Shown here piece after piece: positions 9,897-19,456 of a DNA stretch of 64,000 nucleotides (position 1 is the first letter of the stretch; each line of letters opens with the position of its first letter). The notes under the pieces are model-generated. The model searched no databases. It saw only the letters and a list, made by a program, of their open reading frames with translations, and had not been told where the DNA came from. A program made the translations under genes and the position numbers. The stretch comes from Candidatus Binatia bacterium (GTDB lineage Bacteria > Desulfobacterota > Binatia > HRBIN30): contig JBBRSP010000011.1 in NCBI GenBank assembly GCA_038245295.1, positions 138,658 through 202,657 on the forward strand. Reading direction: 5' to 3'.

Positions 9897-10964
9897 ATGG
9901 CGGACCGGATTCGTTACGGCATCATTGGCTCCGGCATGATGGGCTGCGAGCACATTCTCAACATCAAGCTCACCCCGGATGCCGAAGTAGTGGCGATCGC
10001 CGACTCTAACGAGACCAGCCGTCACTGGGGCCGCAGTCTCGGTGGTGAGGGTGTCCAGGTCTATACCGATTACCGCGATCTCCTGCGCGAAGCGCCGGTT
10101 GATGCGGTGGTCATCGCCACACCCAACTTTACGCATCATGACGTCCTGCAGGACGTCTTTCGTACCAACAAACACGTTATGGTCGAGAAGCCGTTGTGCA
10201 CCGTCGTCGACGATTGCCATCGGGTCGTCGACCAGGCCGCCAAACATGCCGGTGTCGTCTGGGTCGGCATGGAGTACCGCTACATGAAAGCGGTCGGCCG
10301 CCTCATCGAAGCAGCGCATGCCGGCAGTATCGGCGCCTTGCGCATGATCGCCATTCGCGAGCATCGCTTCCCATTCCTTCCGAAGGTCGACGACTGGAAC
10401 CGCTTCAATCGCAACACCGGTGGCACATTGGTCGAAAAGTGCTGCCACTTCTTCGACCTGATGAATTTGATCGCGCTCAGTCGCCCGCGGTGCGTCTATG
10501 CGTCGGGAGCGCAGGACTTCAACCATCTGGACGAACGCTATGACGGCAAGATACCGGACATCATCGATAACGCCTTCACCGTCGTCGACTACGACGGCGG
10601 CATCCGCGCCATGCTCGATCTCTGCATGTTTGCCGAAGGATCGCTGCACGAGGTGGAGATCGCCGTGACCGGGGTCGGTGGCAAGCTGCAGGCTTTCGAG
10701 CCCGATCACGAGTTTGTCCGCTGCCCGCGCGGCGGCGGCGAGCCGCGTCGCGAGCGTTTCGATCTCGAGGGCGGGGTGCAGGCCGCCGGCGCCCACCACG
10801 GCTCAACGTATTTCGAGCACCTCGCCTTTCAGGAGGCGATTCGTCGCGGCCTGCCGCCGCAGGTGTCGATCGAAGACGGCGCGCTTGCCGTCGGCGTCGG
10901 CGCTGCGGCCGAACAGTCGATCCGCGAACATCGTGTCGTCGAGCTGAAGGAATTGGGGTTCTGA
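9897..10964 (+). CDS. Gfo/Idh/MocA-fold protein, probable NAD+-dependent sulfoquinovosidase (GH188-like)
   Basis: GIIGSGMMG, EKP, MEYRY, EHRFPFLPKVDDWNRF, GGTLVEKCCHFFDLM; divergent from the SmoBC-like genes. Confidence 0.75.
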   Translation: MADRIRYGIIGSGMMGCEHILNIKLTPDAEVVAIADSNETSRHWGRSLGGEGVQVYTDYRDLLREAPVDAVVIATPNFTHHDVLQDVFRTNKHVMVEKPLCTVVDDCHRVVDQAAKHAGVVWVGMEYRYMKAVGRLIEAAHAGSIGALRMIAIREHRFPFLPKVDDWNRFNRNTGGTLVEKCCHFFDLMNLIALSRPRCVYASGAQDFNHLDERYDGKIPDIIDNAFTVVDYDGGIRAMLDLCMFAEGSLHEVEIAVTGVGGKLQAFEPDHEFVRCPRGGGEPRRERFDLEGGVQAAGAHHGSTYFEHLAFQEAIRRGLPPQVSIEDGALAVGVGAAAEQSIREHRVVELKELGF

Positions 10965-11026
10965 AGATTGAGTCGCAACGCGAGAGGGCGCCTGATGCGG
11001 TTGGTAGCGCTCGTGTCACCGTACTC

Positions 11027-12007
11027 TTGCCGGCATACAACGCCGCGCCAACACTCGGCGTCTGCCTTCGCAGCATCGCGCGGCAAACGATCTCCGATTG
11101 GCAATGCCTGATTGTTGACGACGGTTCGACCGACGACACGGCCGCGATTGCTGCCGAGCACGCCGCCGCCGATAGGCGAGTGCGCGTGCGGCGACTCCCG
11201 CATGGCGGGCTCGTGACAGCTTTGAATGCCGGATTGGCAGAGTGTCGCACGCCGTTCGTCGCGCGGATGGATGCCGACGACCTCATGCATCGTGAACGTT
11301 TGCGGCTGCAACTCGCCGCGCTCGAGAACGACCCGACCCTGGCCGGTGTCGGCAGCCACGTCCGTCTCTTTCCCCGCCTCGGACTTAAGGACGGACGTCG
11401 TGCTTACGAGGCATGGCTCAACTCGATCGACTCGCCTGAACGAATCGCCCTTGATCGCTTCATCGATTGCCCCGTGGTTCATCCCACGCTGACCTTCCGT
11501 CGCGCCGTGTTGCAGGAGTTCGCCTACCAAGACCGGGGGTGGCCGGAAGATTCCGACCTGATTCTCCGCCTGCACGCCGCCGGGCAGCGGATTGGCATCG
11601 TCAAGCGCCGATTGCTCGCCTGGCGCGACCACGCCAGTCGATTGTCGCGCACGGCGCCGAACTGTTCTCTAGATCGGATCATGGCGTGTCGAGCGCTGTT
11701 CCTGGCGACGGATTTCCTGGCTGGGCACGAGGACTACGTCCTGTGGGGCTATGGCGAGACGGGCCGTGACTTGCGCCGAGCGCTGTTGCCTTACGCGAAG
11801 ACGGCCGCCTGTGTGGTTGAGGTGAATCCGCGCCGCATCGGCAACACGATCCACGGTGCTCCCGTGATCGGAATCGACAATCTCGGTGCTCTACTCGGCC
11901 GCAAGATGATCGTCTCGGTTGCCGGTGCCGAGCCGCGACGTCTCATTCGCGCCGCTCTGGGCGACGTCGGGTTCACCGAAGGTGTCGACTTCGTTTGCGC
12001 CGCTTAG
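11027..12007 (+). CDS. Glycosyltransferase family 2
   Basis: LLPAYNA, IVDDGSTD, ARMDADD, ED motif; true start is probably upstream (see findings). Confidence 0.9.
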   Translation: MPAYNAAPTLGVCLRSIARQTISDWQCLIVDDGSTDDTAAIAAEHAAADRRVRVRRLPHGGLVTALNAGLAECRTPFVARMDADDLMHRERLRLQLAALENDPTLAGVGSHVRLFPRLGLKDGRRAYEAWLNSIDSPERIALDRFIDCPVVHPTLTFRRAVLQEFAYQDRGWPEDSDLILRLHAAGQRIGIVKRRLLAWRDHASRLSRTAPNCSLDRIMACRALFLATDFLAGHEDYVLWGYGETGRDLRRALLPYAKTAACVVEVNPRRIGNTIHGAPVIGIDNLGALLGRKMIVSVAGAEPRRLIRAALGDVGFTEGVDFVCAA

Positions 12008-12022
12008 CGGCGGTTGATCGTA

Positions 12023-13783
12023 TCAATCCGCCGCGTTGGTGGGCGCCGGATGAAGGGCCTCCAACGCATCGATTGCCTTGCGCAGCCCAGCCTCCACATC
12101 CACCTGAGCGGCGAAGGCTCGGGCGCGGCGCTGCAATCCCTTGTCGTTCAACGCCGCATGGATTGTTCGCCGCAGCATGTCCGACGAGTCGGCGGCGGAT
12201 GCCACAACGCCCAATCGGCGTTGTTCGACGCAGGCCGCAACGGCGTGTTGGTCGCGGCCCATCGGTGTGCACACAAGAGGCACCCCGGTGGTGACCGCGG
12301 CCATGACGGTCCCATGCCCGGCATGTGTCACCACCAGGCTGGCGTGCGGCAACACCCAGGCGTGTGGCACGAAGGGCTGCGCCACGGCGTTGTCCGGCAA
12401 CTGCAGCTCTTCGGCCCTGATGGCGTGTCCGAGAGTGAACAGGACGCGGGCTGGAAGGCTGGCGACGGCGTCGGCGACGCGCTGCAGCGTCGCCACCTGA
12501 TTCTGGAAGCTGGTGCTGTAGCTGACGACGATGAGTGGGCGAGTATCGGTCTCCGGCCACGGTAGGGAGTAGGCGGCTGTCGATTGGGCTCGAGTGAGGG
12601 GGCCGACGTAGTGCAGCTGGGGTGGTCGGTCCTGCGGCGCGACATCGAAGGCTTCCAACGTGAACGCGATGATCGCGTCCAACTCCTCGGCGACGCGACG
12701 TTGGTCGACGACGGCTGACAAACCAAACTTGCTGCGTACGGCATTGAGGGGATCCAGGGCGGCGCCGGTCATACGGCCCGGGCTGTTGGCGATCGCGCCA
12801 TAGACGGTGTGCCAGAGCATGGCGGTTGGCAGGCCGGTGCTCTTAGCCGCGGCGGCGGCCGTCATCAGTATCTGATCGACGAGGATCGCGTCGGGACGGG
12901 CCCGGGAAATCTCGGCGAGCAACGCCTCGCCGTAGCTCGGATTGAAGAAGACGTCCCGCAGGACGCGTGTCATTTCTTCCTCCGGTGTTTCGTCAAGGCG
13001 CTCAGATCCGTGCAGCAGCGGTGGGCCGCCGTACTCAACATGCTGAGCCCCGGCACCTGCAATCGCCGCGGCATGTTTGGCGTCGGACAGCACCCGCACG
13101 CTGTGGCCGCGTTGACGCAGGCCTCGGATGAGCTCCAGCTCCGGCGGCCAGTTGCCCGCGGCATCCAAGGTCACCAGGAGGAAATCGAGTTTGTGGTCTG
13201 GTCGTGCGGCCGCCCCCGCGCTGGCGATGCGCTTCTCCTCCAGATCGGCAAGGGTCCTCTGCTTGAGGGCGCGGTGGGTGCGTAGCAATTGGGCGCGGTC
13301 CGCTTCGTTCTTGAGCCGCTGTAGCCCCCGCCGCACGATGGCGTCGGCTCGTTCGACATCCTGCAAGTCGTTGAGGGCGATCTCCAGCATACCGATGTGC
13401 GGATAGAGCTCGTTAGGGAACTCATTGGCGATGCTCTGGTACTCGTCGATGGCGTCGGCGTAGTGTTCGCGCATGCGTCGTCCGATGGCGCCGCTGTAAC
13501 GCGGTTCGTGCGTCGCGCGGCCTCGTGGGTAGAACAGACTTCCCGTCGGGGACGCGATCAGGATGGCGAGAAGAGGGGCGAGCAGCATCGCGCCGCTCAC
13601 CGCGAGTCCGAGGCCAGCCAGCATGGGGAAGGCGCCGCCCGCCTTTAACAAGTGCCAGGCGACGACGAAGAGTACGCCGGCAAGCGGCGCCCGCCAGGCA
13701 AAACCGTTGCGCAGATCAAGGCGATCATTGTTGTCCAAGGCGCCCCAGAGATAGCCCAGCGCGGTGTGGCAGGTGAAGCGCAA
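12023..13783 (-). CDS. Fusion of an N-terminal 2-TM/TPR-like region and a GT1 (MGT/UGT-like) glycosyltransferase
   Basis: C-terminal DAAGNWPP and FVPHAWVLPHASLVVTHAGHGT..PMGRDQ; hydrophobic and helical N-terminus; start uncertain. Confidence 0.75.
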   Translation of the reverse strand: MRFTCHTALGYLWGALDNNDRLDLRNGFAWRAPLAGVLFVVAWHLLKAGGAFPMLAGLGLAVSGAMLLAPLLAILIASPTGSLFYPRGRATHEPRYSGAIGRRMREHYADAIDEYQSIANEFPNELYPHIGMLEIALNDLQDVERADAIVRRGLQRLKNEADRAQLLRTHRALKQRTLADLEEKRIASAGAAARPDHKLDFLLVTLDAAGNWPPELELIRGLRQRGHSVRVLSDAKHAAAIAGAGAQHVEYGGPPLLHGSERLDETPEEEMTRVLRDVFFNPSYGEALLAEISRARPDAILVDQILMTAAAAAKSTGLPTAMLWHTVYGAIANSPGRMTGAALDPLNAVRSKFGLSAVVDQRRVAEELDAIIAFTLEAFDVAPQDRPPQLHYVGPLTRAQSTAAYSLPWPETDTRPLIVVSYSTSFQNQVATLQRVADAVASLPARVLFTLGHAIRAEELQLPDNAVAQPFVPHAWVLPHASLVVTHAGHGTVMAAVTTGVPLVCTPMGRDQHAVAACVEQRRLGVVASAADSSDMLRRTIHAALNDKGLQRRARAFAAQVDVEAGLRKAIDALEALHPAPTNAAD

Positions 13784-13943
13784 ATCGTTTGATTACGTCA
13801 CCCATCGAGAATCGAGAACCCAATGGTCATCACGCAATCGTCATCCAAGCCGATGAAAGTGAGGGTCTGGGGTGCCGGGTGCAGGGTTCGGTCGATACTT
13901 AGGAGACTTGCTTCGGAGGTGATGAGTTGGAAAGAGTTGCCGC

Positions 13944-14525
13944 ATGAAGCCCGTGCCGACCCTCCGCACCGCGCGTCTGCTCCTGCGCCAGTGGCGTGAT
14001 TCGGATAGCGAGCCGTTTGCCCGCTTGAACGCGGACCCTCGTGTGATGGAGCACTTCCCGTCAACCTTGTCGCGGGCTCGAAGTGATTCCCTCGTTGAAG
14101 CGAATCGAGTCCATTTCGCGGCGCATGGTTTCGGTCTGTGGGCTGTTGAGGTCGTCGACGAATCGCCGTTCATCGGCTTTGTCGGTTTGGCTGTTGTGCG
14201 CTTCGATTCGCACTTTACGCCAGCGGTGGAGATTGGCTGGCGGCTTGCCGCCGCGTCCTGGGGCCGTGGCTTTGCCTCGGAAGCGGCGGCGGCGGCGTTG
14301 CGGTTCGGCTTTGAAACGCTCGAGCTGAACGAGATCGTCTCGTTGACGGTGCCCAGGAATCAGCGGTCGCGTGGTGTCATGCAACGGTTGGGGATGCAGC
14401 ATTCCGCGGCCGACGACTTCGATCATCCGGTGCTCGACAGCGGCCATCCCCTGCGCCGGCATGTGTTGTATCGCCTGTCGCGCCACCAATGGCTGACTCG
14501 TGGTCCCGGCGCGAGCAACGCCTAG
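13944..14525 (+). CDS. GNAT acetyltransferase (RimJ/RimL-like)
   Basis: LRTARLLLRQW, VEIGWRL..WGRGFASEAA, N.RS..VMQRLGM. Confidence 0.92.
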   Translation: MKPVPTLRTARLLLRQWRDSDSEPFARLNADPRVMEHFPSTLSRARSDSLVEANRVHFAAHGFGLWAVEVVDESPFIGFVGLAVVRFDSHFTPAVEIGWRLAAASWGRGFASEAAAAALRFGFETLELNEIVSLTVPRNQRSRGVMQRLGMQHSAADDFDHPVLDSGHPLRRHVLYRLSRHQWLTRGPGASNA

Positions 14526-14560
14526 TTCTACCAATAGACTTCACGCGGAGGCTTGGATGG

Positions 14561-15589
14561 TCACGTCAAGGCACGCAGATCCGTGAGTGCGGCCGCCGCT
14601 TCGGACGGCGTGATCTCGCGCAGGCAGTTGTAGTGCCCGAACTGGCAGGTTCGCTGCAGGCAAGGACTGCAGTCGATACCGCGGTAGAGCACACGCGTGT
14701 GCGGCCCGAGTGGGCCGGTGCGCACGGGGTTGGTCGAGCCAAAGATGCCGACGGTGGGGATGCCGAGTGCGCCGGCAATGTGCATCGAGCCGGAGTCGTT
14801 GCCGACAAACCCCTGGCACAATGACAACAGGGCGATGGCTTGTTCGATGGACGTTTCACCGGCCGCGACGACGGCGCCATATTGTGATGCGGCTGCAATT
14901 TCGGTGCACAAGCCACGTTCCGTCGGCGCGCCTAGAAGGACACACTCCGCACCGTGTCCAACCGACAAGGCGTCGATGAGAGCGCTGTACGACTCCGCCG
15001 GCCACTGTTTGGCGGGGCCATACGCCGCACCGGGCGCCAGGGCGATGAGCGGTGTATCCGGCGCACGCCGACGCGTCGTCAGCCAGGCGCGCATGCTTGT
15101 TTGTGCCGGCGGCGAGGCCTCGAGCAGGACATCATCGATGTCCCCGATGATCCCGAGCGTTTCTCGCAGCATGTCGAGGTATGCCTGTGCCTGGTGACGG
15201 TTCGGATTATGCGTGTCGATGGCGGCTCTTGCCGTCAGCAACCAGCCGCGCCCGTCGGCACTGACCCCGGCTCGGCGCGGAATCGCCGCCAGAGCCGGCC
15301 ACAGCGCCGCTTCGAAGGAACGGGGGAACAGAATCGCCAGGGTAAAGCGTCGGCGCCGCAGCTGGCGGATGATTTCGAGATGATCGTTGATGCCGACCAC
15401 GCCGCGACGACGCTCGTATGGAATGACCTCGTCGATCCACGTGGCGCCGGCGAAGAAGGAGGCGAGGTCGCGCCGAACCAGGACCGCGATATGTGCCTGT
15501 GGGTTGGAACGGCGAACGGCGCGCATGGCGGGCAGGCTGATCACTAGGTCGCCGAGCCAGTTGACAGCCTTGATGAGAATCCGCTCCAT
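14561..15589 (-). CDS. waaF: Lipopolysaccharide heptosyltransferase II (GT9)
   Basis: NWLGDLV, PGAAYGPAKQWP, NDSGSMH, IFGST. Confidence 0.9.
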   Translation of the reverse strand: MERILIKAVNWLGDLVISLPAMRAVRRSNPQAHIAVLVRRDLASFFAGATWIDEVIPYERRRGVVGINDHLEIIRQLRRRRFTLAILFPRSFEAALWPALAAIPRRAGVSADGRGWLLTARAAIDTHNPNRHQAQAYLDMLRETLGIIGDIDDVLLEASPPAQTSMRAWLTTRRRAPDTPLIALAPGAAYGPAKQWPAESYSALIDALSVGHGAECVLLGAPTERGLCTEIAAASQYGAVVAAGETSIEQAIALLSLCQGFVGNDSGSMHIAGALGIPTVGIFGSTNPVRTGPLGPHTRVLYRGIDCSPCLQRTCQFGHYNCLREITPSEAAAALTDLRALT

Positions 15590-15605
15590 GGGTTGGCTCA
15601 AGCGC

Positions 15606-16559
15606 TCAGGCGTTGACCGTATGGATCGGTTTGCCATCGAGGTACGCGCGCACGTTCCTCATGCTGGTTGCCATCAATCGTCGTCGTGCCGCCAGGCTCG
15701 CCCACGCGACATGCGGTGTGATGATACAGCGCGGGACGCGTTGTAGAGGGTTGCCCTCGCTCATTGGTTCGGCAGAAACGACATCAACGGCTGCACCTGC
15801 GAGTGTTCCTCGCATTAGAGCCGACGCCAGGGCGGCCTCATCGATCAAGCCTCCACGTGCCGTGTTGATGAGGAAGGCGGTCGGCCTCATGCGTGTCAGC
15901 AACGCCTCATTGACGAAGGCGACATTCTTCGGCGTCAGCGGGCAATGTAGAGAAATCACGTCGCTCTGAGTGAAGAGATCGCCGAGGGCTAGGCGCGGCA
16001 TGTCGGTCGCGCTGGCGTCGTTGTGGTCGCCGGCTGCCACGACATTCATTCCAAACGCGCGCGCCAGCGTGCCGACGCGGCGTCCGATGCGTCCGTAGCC
16101 GACGAGGCCCATCGTCAGGCCGGCAAGCTCGATTGGTGAATGTTGTACGAAGCAGAAGTCGGGTGAGCGCTGCCAGGCTCCCGCGTGCACGTCGGCGTCG
16201 TAGGCACCGACGTGCTGACAGAGCTCGAGCAGCAGGGCCATGACGTGTTGCGCCACCGAGTCGGTGCCGTACTCGGGGACATTCGAGACGACGATGCCGT
16301 GGCGCTTTGCCGCGGCGATGTCGACGACGTCGTAGCCGGTTGCCAGCACGGCAATGAAGCGCAGCTCCGGCAGCTGAGCCAGGAACTCGGCCGGCAGTCG
16401 TGTCTTATTTGTCAGGATGATGTCGGCGCCGCGGCTGCGTTCGACAGTCAGGTCGGGCGGCGTACGATCGAAGACGCTCACCTCGCCCATGCTGTCGAGA
16501 TCATCCCAGGGATTGTCGCCTGGGTTCAGCGTGTGGCCGTCGAGAACTACGATACGCAT
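15606..16559 (-). CDS. D-2-hydroxyacid dehydrogenase (glycerate dehydrogenase/hydroxypyruvate reductase-like)
   Basis: MRIVVLDGHTLNPGD, GYGRIG, INTARG, TPHVAW. Confidence 0.92.
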   Translation of the reverse strand: MRIVVLDGHTLNPGDNPWDDLDSMGEVSVFDRTPPDLTVERSRGADIILTNKTRLPAEFLAQLPELRFIAVLATGYDVVDIAAAKRHGIVVSNVPEYGTDSVAQHVMALLLELCQHVGAYDADVHAGAWQRSPDFCFVQHSPIELAGLTMGLVGYGRIGRRVGTLARAFGMNVVAAGDHNDASATDMPRLALGDLFTQSDVISLHCPLTPKNVAFVNEALLTRMRPTAFLINTARGGLIDEAALASALMRGTLAGAAVDVVSAEPMSEGNPLQRVPRCIITPHVAWASLAARRRLMATSMRNVRAYLDGKPIHTVNA

Positions 16560-16576
16560 ACGCGGCTGGCCGAACC

Positions 16577-17032
16577 CTAGTGCTTCGGTGCTTGCGGTGG
16601 ATGCTCGTGTGTCACCGCGGTTGGCTGCTGCGACAACTGCAGATGTCCCAGGTCTTTGACATTGGCGCAGGCATCGACGGTGCCGGACGTGCACTGCTCG
16701 ATGTTCGGGATGTAGAAACGAAAAGGGCCGCCCTTTGCTCCTGGAAGCGGCGCGTCGCCGAGCCGGTAGGCGACGACGGCATCGGCGACGGCGTCGAGCG
16801 GCACGCAGATCGAAAAGCCCCCGTCCGCCGAAGTCAGCGTTAGATGCGCCGCTTGCGGCTGCACACCGACGACAGCGAGAACGGCGCGCAAGCGCACGCC
16901 GCCGCCTTCGCGGCCGGGGACGAGGGTGCCGATGTCGGCGACCTGATCGGGGAGCTGGCGCAGATCGTCGAAGGTCAGGCTAGCGGGACGGGCGACGGTG
17001 GCGTCGATGCCGTCGATGCGTAGTTGCGACAT
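16577..17032 (-). CDS. Molybdopterin-dependent oxidoreductase-like small domain protein
   Basis: LTFDDL, GVRLRAVL, S.DGF..CVPL, GGPFRF, NVKDL (sulfite-oxidase-like fold). Confidence 0.7.
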   Translation of the reverse strand: MSQLRIDGIDATVARPASLTFDDLRQLPDQVADIGTLVPGREGGGVRLRAVLAVVGVQPQAAHLTLTSADGGFSICVPLDAVADAVVAYRLGDAPLPGAKGGPFRFYIPNIEQCTSGTVDACANVKDLGHLQLSQQPTAVTHEHPPQAPKH

Positions 17033-17325
17033 GAGTGAGAAATGACATCAGCCAAGCGGAAGGGCAACCACCGCCGACGGCGACCGACACATCGACGACG
17101 ACCGGAGCGGCGATCATCGATCACCGAGCCTCGCGGTGGCGCCGGATCAATTCTGCCGCCGGCCTTGGGCCATTGGGCGCCCTCCGGTGTGATTGTTCAA
17201 CTTCGCCGATCTAGTGCTTTGTGTGCAAAGCCCGACCCTTGACAAGGGCGCCGCGCTGAAGCGAATCTCCAGCGTGCACGAGATACTGCCGCGACTGCGG
17301 GCCTTGATCTCGGAAGGGGCTTGCC

Positions 17326-18630
17326 GTGAAACTGTTGGTCTGGCTGCTGGTTTTGTACCCGAGCTTGGTTGTTGCGTCCACGATCACCGTCAACACCGCA
17401 TCGGATAGCGTGGTCTCTGCGGATGCTTCCTGCAGTTTGCGTGAGGCCCTCAATAACGTGAATGCTGCCGCCGAGACGAGCGGTGGCGACTGCGTCGCCG
17501 GAAGCGGTACGGGCGATACGATTGTCTTTGGCTTGACGACACCCGCCGTGATCAAGCTGCAGCAAGGAGAGCTCACCATCTCACGGGACGTCGCGCTGGT
17601 CGGGCCCGTTCCGGGCCTGCCCAAGTTACTGCGAATCGACGGTCAGAATCGCTCTCGTGTATTCTTGGTGTCGACCGGAACTGTATCTTTCTCGAACCTG
17701 ACGATCGAGCGCGGTTACGCAAAGGATACCACCGATCTGCTGTCAAACCGTGGTGGTGGCATCCGCATCGGACCAGCCGCGTCGGTCGAGCTGAACGGCT
17801 GTCTTGTGCGGAAGTGCAAATCCGTCGAAGTAAAGCCCGACGTGGTGCAGGCAAACGCCGGTGGCATCTTCAACGAGGGAACTCTTACGATCAGCGATTC
17901 GTTGCTCCAGGGCAATCGTGCCGGGAACGGACCCGTCAGCCTCGGGGGAGCGATCAATTCAAGCGGCGTTCTCACCGTCGTGCGTACGACATTCGACCGT
18001 AATCGAACGGGAGGGCGTGGGGGAGGAGCACTCTGGATCAGCTATTCGGGGGTGGCTGCCATTCGTGACTCGTTATTCATCGGGAACAAGGCGTACCACG
18101 CCGTTGGCGGAATCGTGGTGTCGACGTGCGGTTTTGAACCGTTTGACATCACCAACTCGACCTTTTATCGAAACTCAGGGGCCATCTTGTCCTCTCTCGC
18201 GACTTTGGGGACCATGACCAATTGCACGCTGAGCGAAACCGGTCTGGTTATCGTCTCTGGAAGCACAATGAAGGCGACCAATACGATTTTTGGCGCCGGC
18301 ACATATTGTGCGCATCCGGAGGGCGAGGAGGGCATCGTCTCTGGTGGGCACAACATCAGCGTCGATCCGTCCTGCGCGCATGGTTCTACCGACCTCATCT
18401 TTGTTGATCCAAAACTGATGCGGCTGCGCAACAACGGTGGTTCCACCAAAACCTTCGCGGTGTGTAGCGGTCCGGAGGCTCCCGTCGGCACGTGTGGACG
18501 AGCAAGCCCCGCTGTCGACGCGGGGGACGACGCGGTCCTTGGCCCACCGTACAGCTTCACCACGGACCAACGCGGCCTGGCGCGGCTGGCGGGAGCCCAC
18601 GTCGACATCGGCGCCTACGAGAGTCAGTAG
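17326..18630 (+). CDS. Secreted CSLREA / choice-of-anchor Q beta-helix protein
   Basis: Signal peptide; literal CSLREA; GGGI/GGAI repeats; C-terminal SPAVDAG..TDQRG..DIGAYE. Confidence 0.88.
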   Translation: MKLLVWLLVLYPSLVVASTITVNTASDSVVSADASCSLREALNNVNAAAETSGGDCVAGSGTGDTIVFGLTTPAVIKLQQGELTISRDVALVGPVPGLPKLLRIDGQNRSRVFLVSTGTVSFSNLTIERGYAKDTTDLLSNRGGGIRIGPAASVELNGCLVRKCKSVEVKPDVVQANAGGIFNEGTLTISDSLLQGNRAGNGPVSLGGAINSSGVLTVVRTTFDRNRTGGRGGGALWISYSGVAAIRDSLFIGNKAYHAVGGIVVSTCGFEPFDITNSTFYRNSGAILSSLATLGTMTNCTLSETGLVIVSGSTMKATNTIFGAGTYCAHPEGEEGIVSGGHNISVDPSCAHGSTDLIFVDPKLMRLRNNGGSTKTFAVCSGPEAPVGTCGRASPAVDAGDDAVLGPPYSFTTDQRGLARLAGAHVDIGAYESQ

Positions 18631-18745
18631 TTGCCGAGAAAGCTCGACAGTCTCCTTTGCGGGGACGACGTTGATGACCCTGGCAACTGACTAGACCCAT
18701 CCAGCGCGCTGCCTTGGCACCGGCCTGTGTGCTAGAGCGGCGGCC

Positions 18746-19456
18746 ATGGCAACCAGGGCAGTTCTATTCGATTTCGGCGGCACACTTTACGACTATCGGT
18801 GTTTCGAGCAGGCGGAGCGGGACAGTTTGATCGAGTTGGCTTCATGGTCGGGGGCTCGTGCCGAGCCGGAGGCGATTCTGCAAGCCCACCGCGACTCGAT
18901 GCGTGAGGTGTTTCGTTCCTACCTGCAGCAACCCTATTTTCTGCACGGCGATATGTTTCGCGATGCCGCGCTGGCAACGCTGCATCGGCTCGGTGTCGCG
19001 GCGGATCAGGATCACCTCGAGCACTATCGCGCCGCCCAGTGGGCGCGTCATGCGCGTGACTTCCGGTTGCGCGAGGGCGTCGCCGAGACCTTGTCGACGC
19101 TCAAGGCGCGCGGCCTTCATCTCGGCATTGTCAGCAACATCGATGACGATCAGCTCGATCACCTGATGACCGCGGCAGGGATCGCACCGCACTTCGACTC
19201 GCTGCTGTCGAGCGAAGCCGCCGGCTCCTGCAAGCCGGATCAAGCGATCTATCGCGAAGCGTTGCGGCGCGCCGGATGCGCCGCCGGCGAGGTCCTGTTC
19301 GTTGGTGATACGTTGATGCAGGACATTGCCGGAGCCAACCGTGCCGGCATGCGTTCGGTTTTGCTTTGGCACCGGAGCGACCGCGAGCCGCCGGCTGACG
19401 CGCCGCAGCCGGCGCACGTCATTCAATCGATTCCGGAGATTCTGGATCTTCTGTGA
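18746..19456 (+). CDS. HAD-superfamily hydrolase
   Basis: FDFGGTL, IVSN, KPD, FVGD...DI.GA. Confidence 0.9.
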   Translation: MATRAVLFDFGGTLYDYRCFEQAERDSLIELASWSGARAEPEAILQAHRDSMREVFRSYLQQPYFLHGDMFRDAALATLHRLGVAADQDHLEHYRAAQWARHARDFRLREGVAETLSTLKARGLHLGIVSNIDDDQLDHLMTAAGIAPHFDSLLSSEAAGSCKPDQAIYREALRRAGCAAGEVLFVGDTLMQDIAGANRAGMRSVLLWHRSDREPPADAPQPAHVIQSIPEILDLL

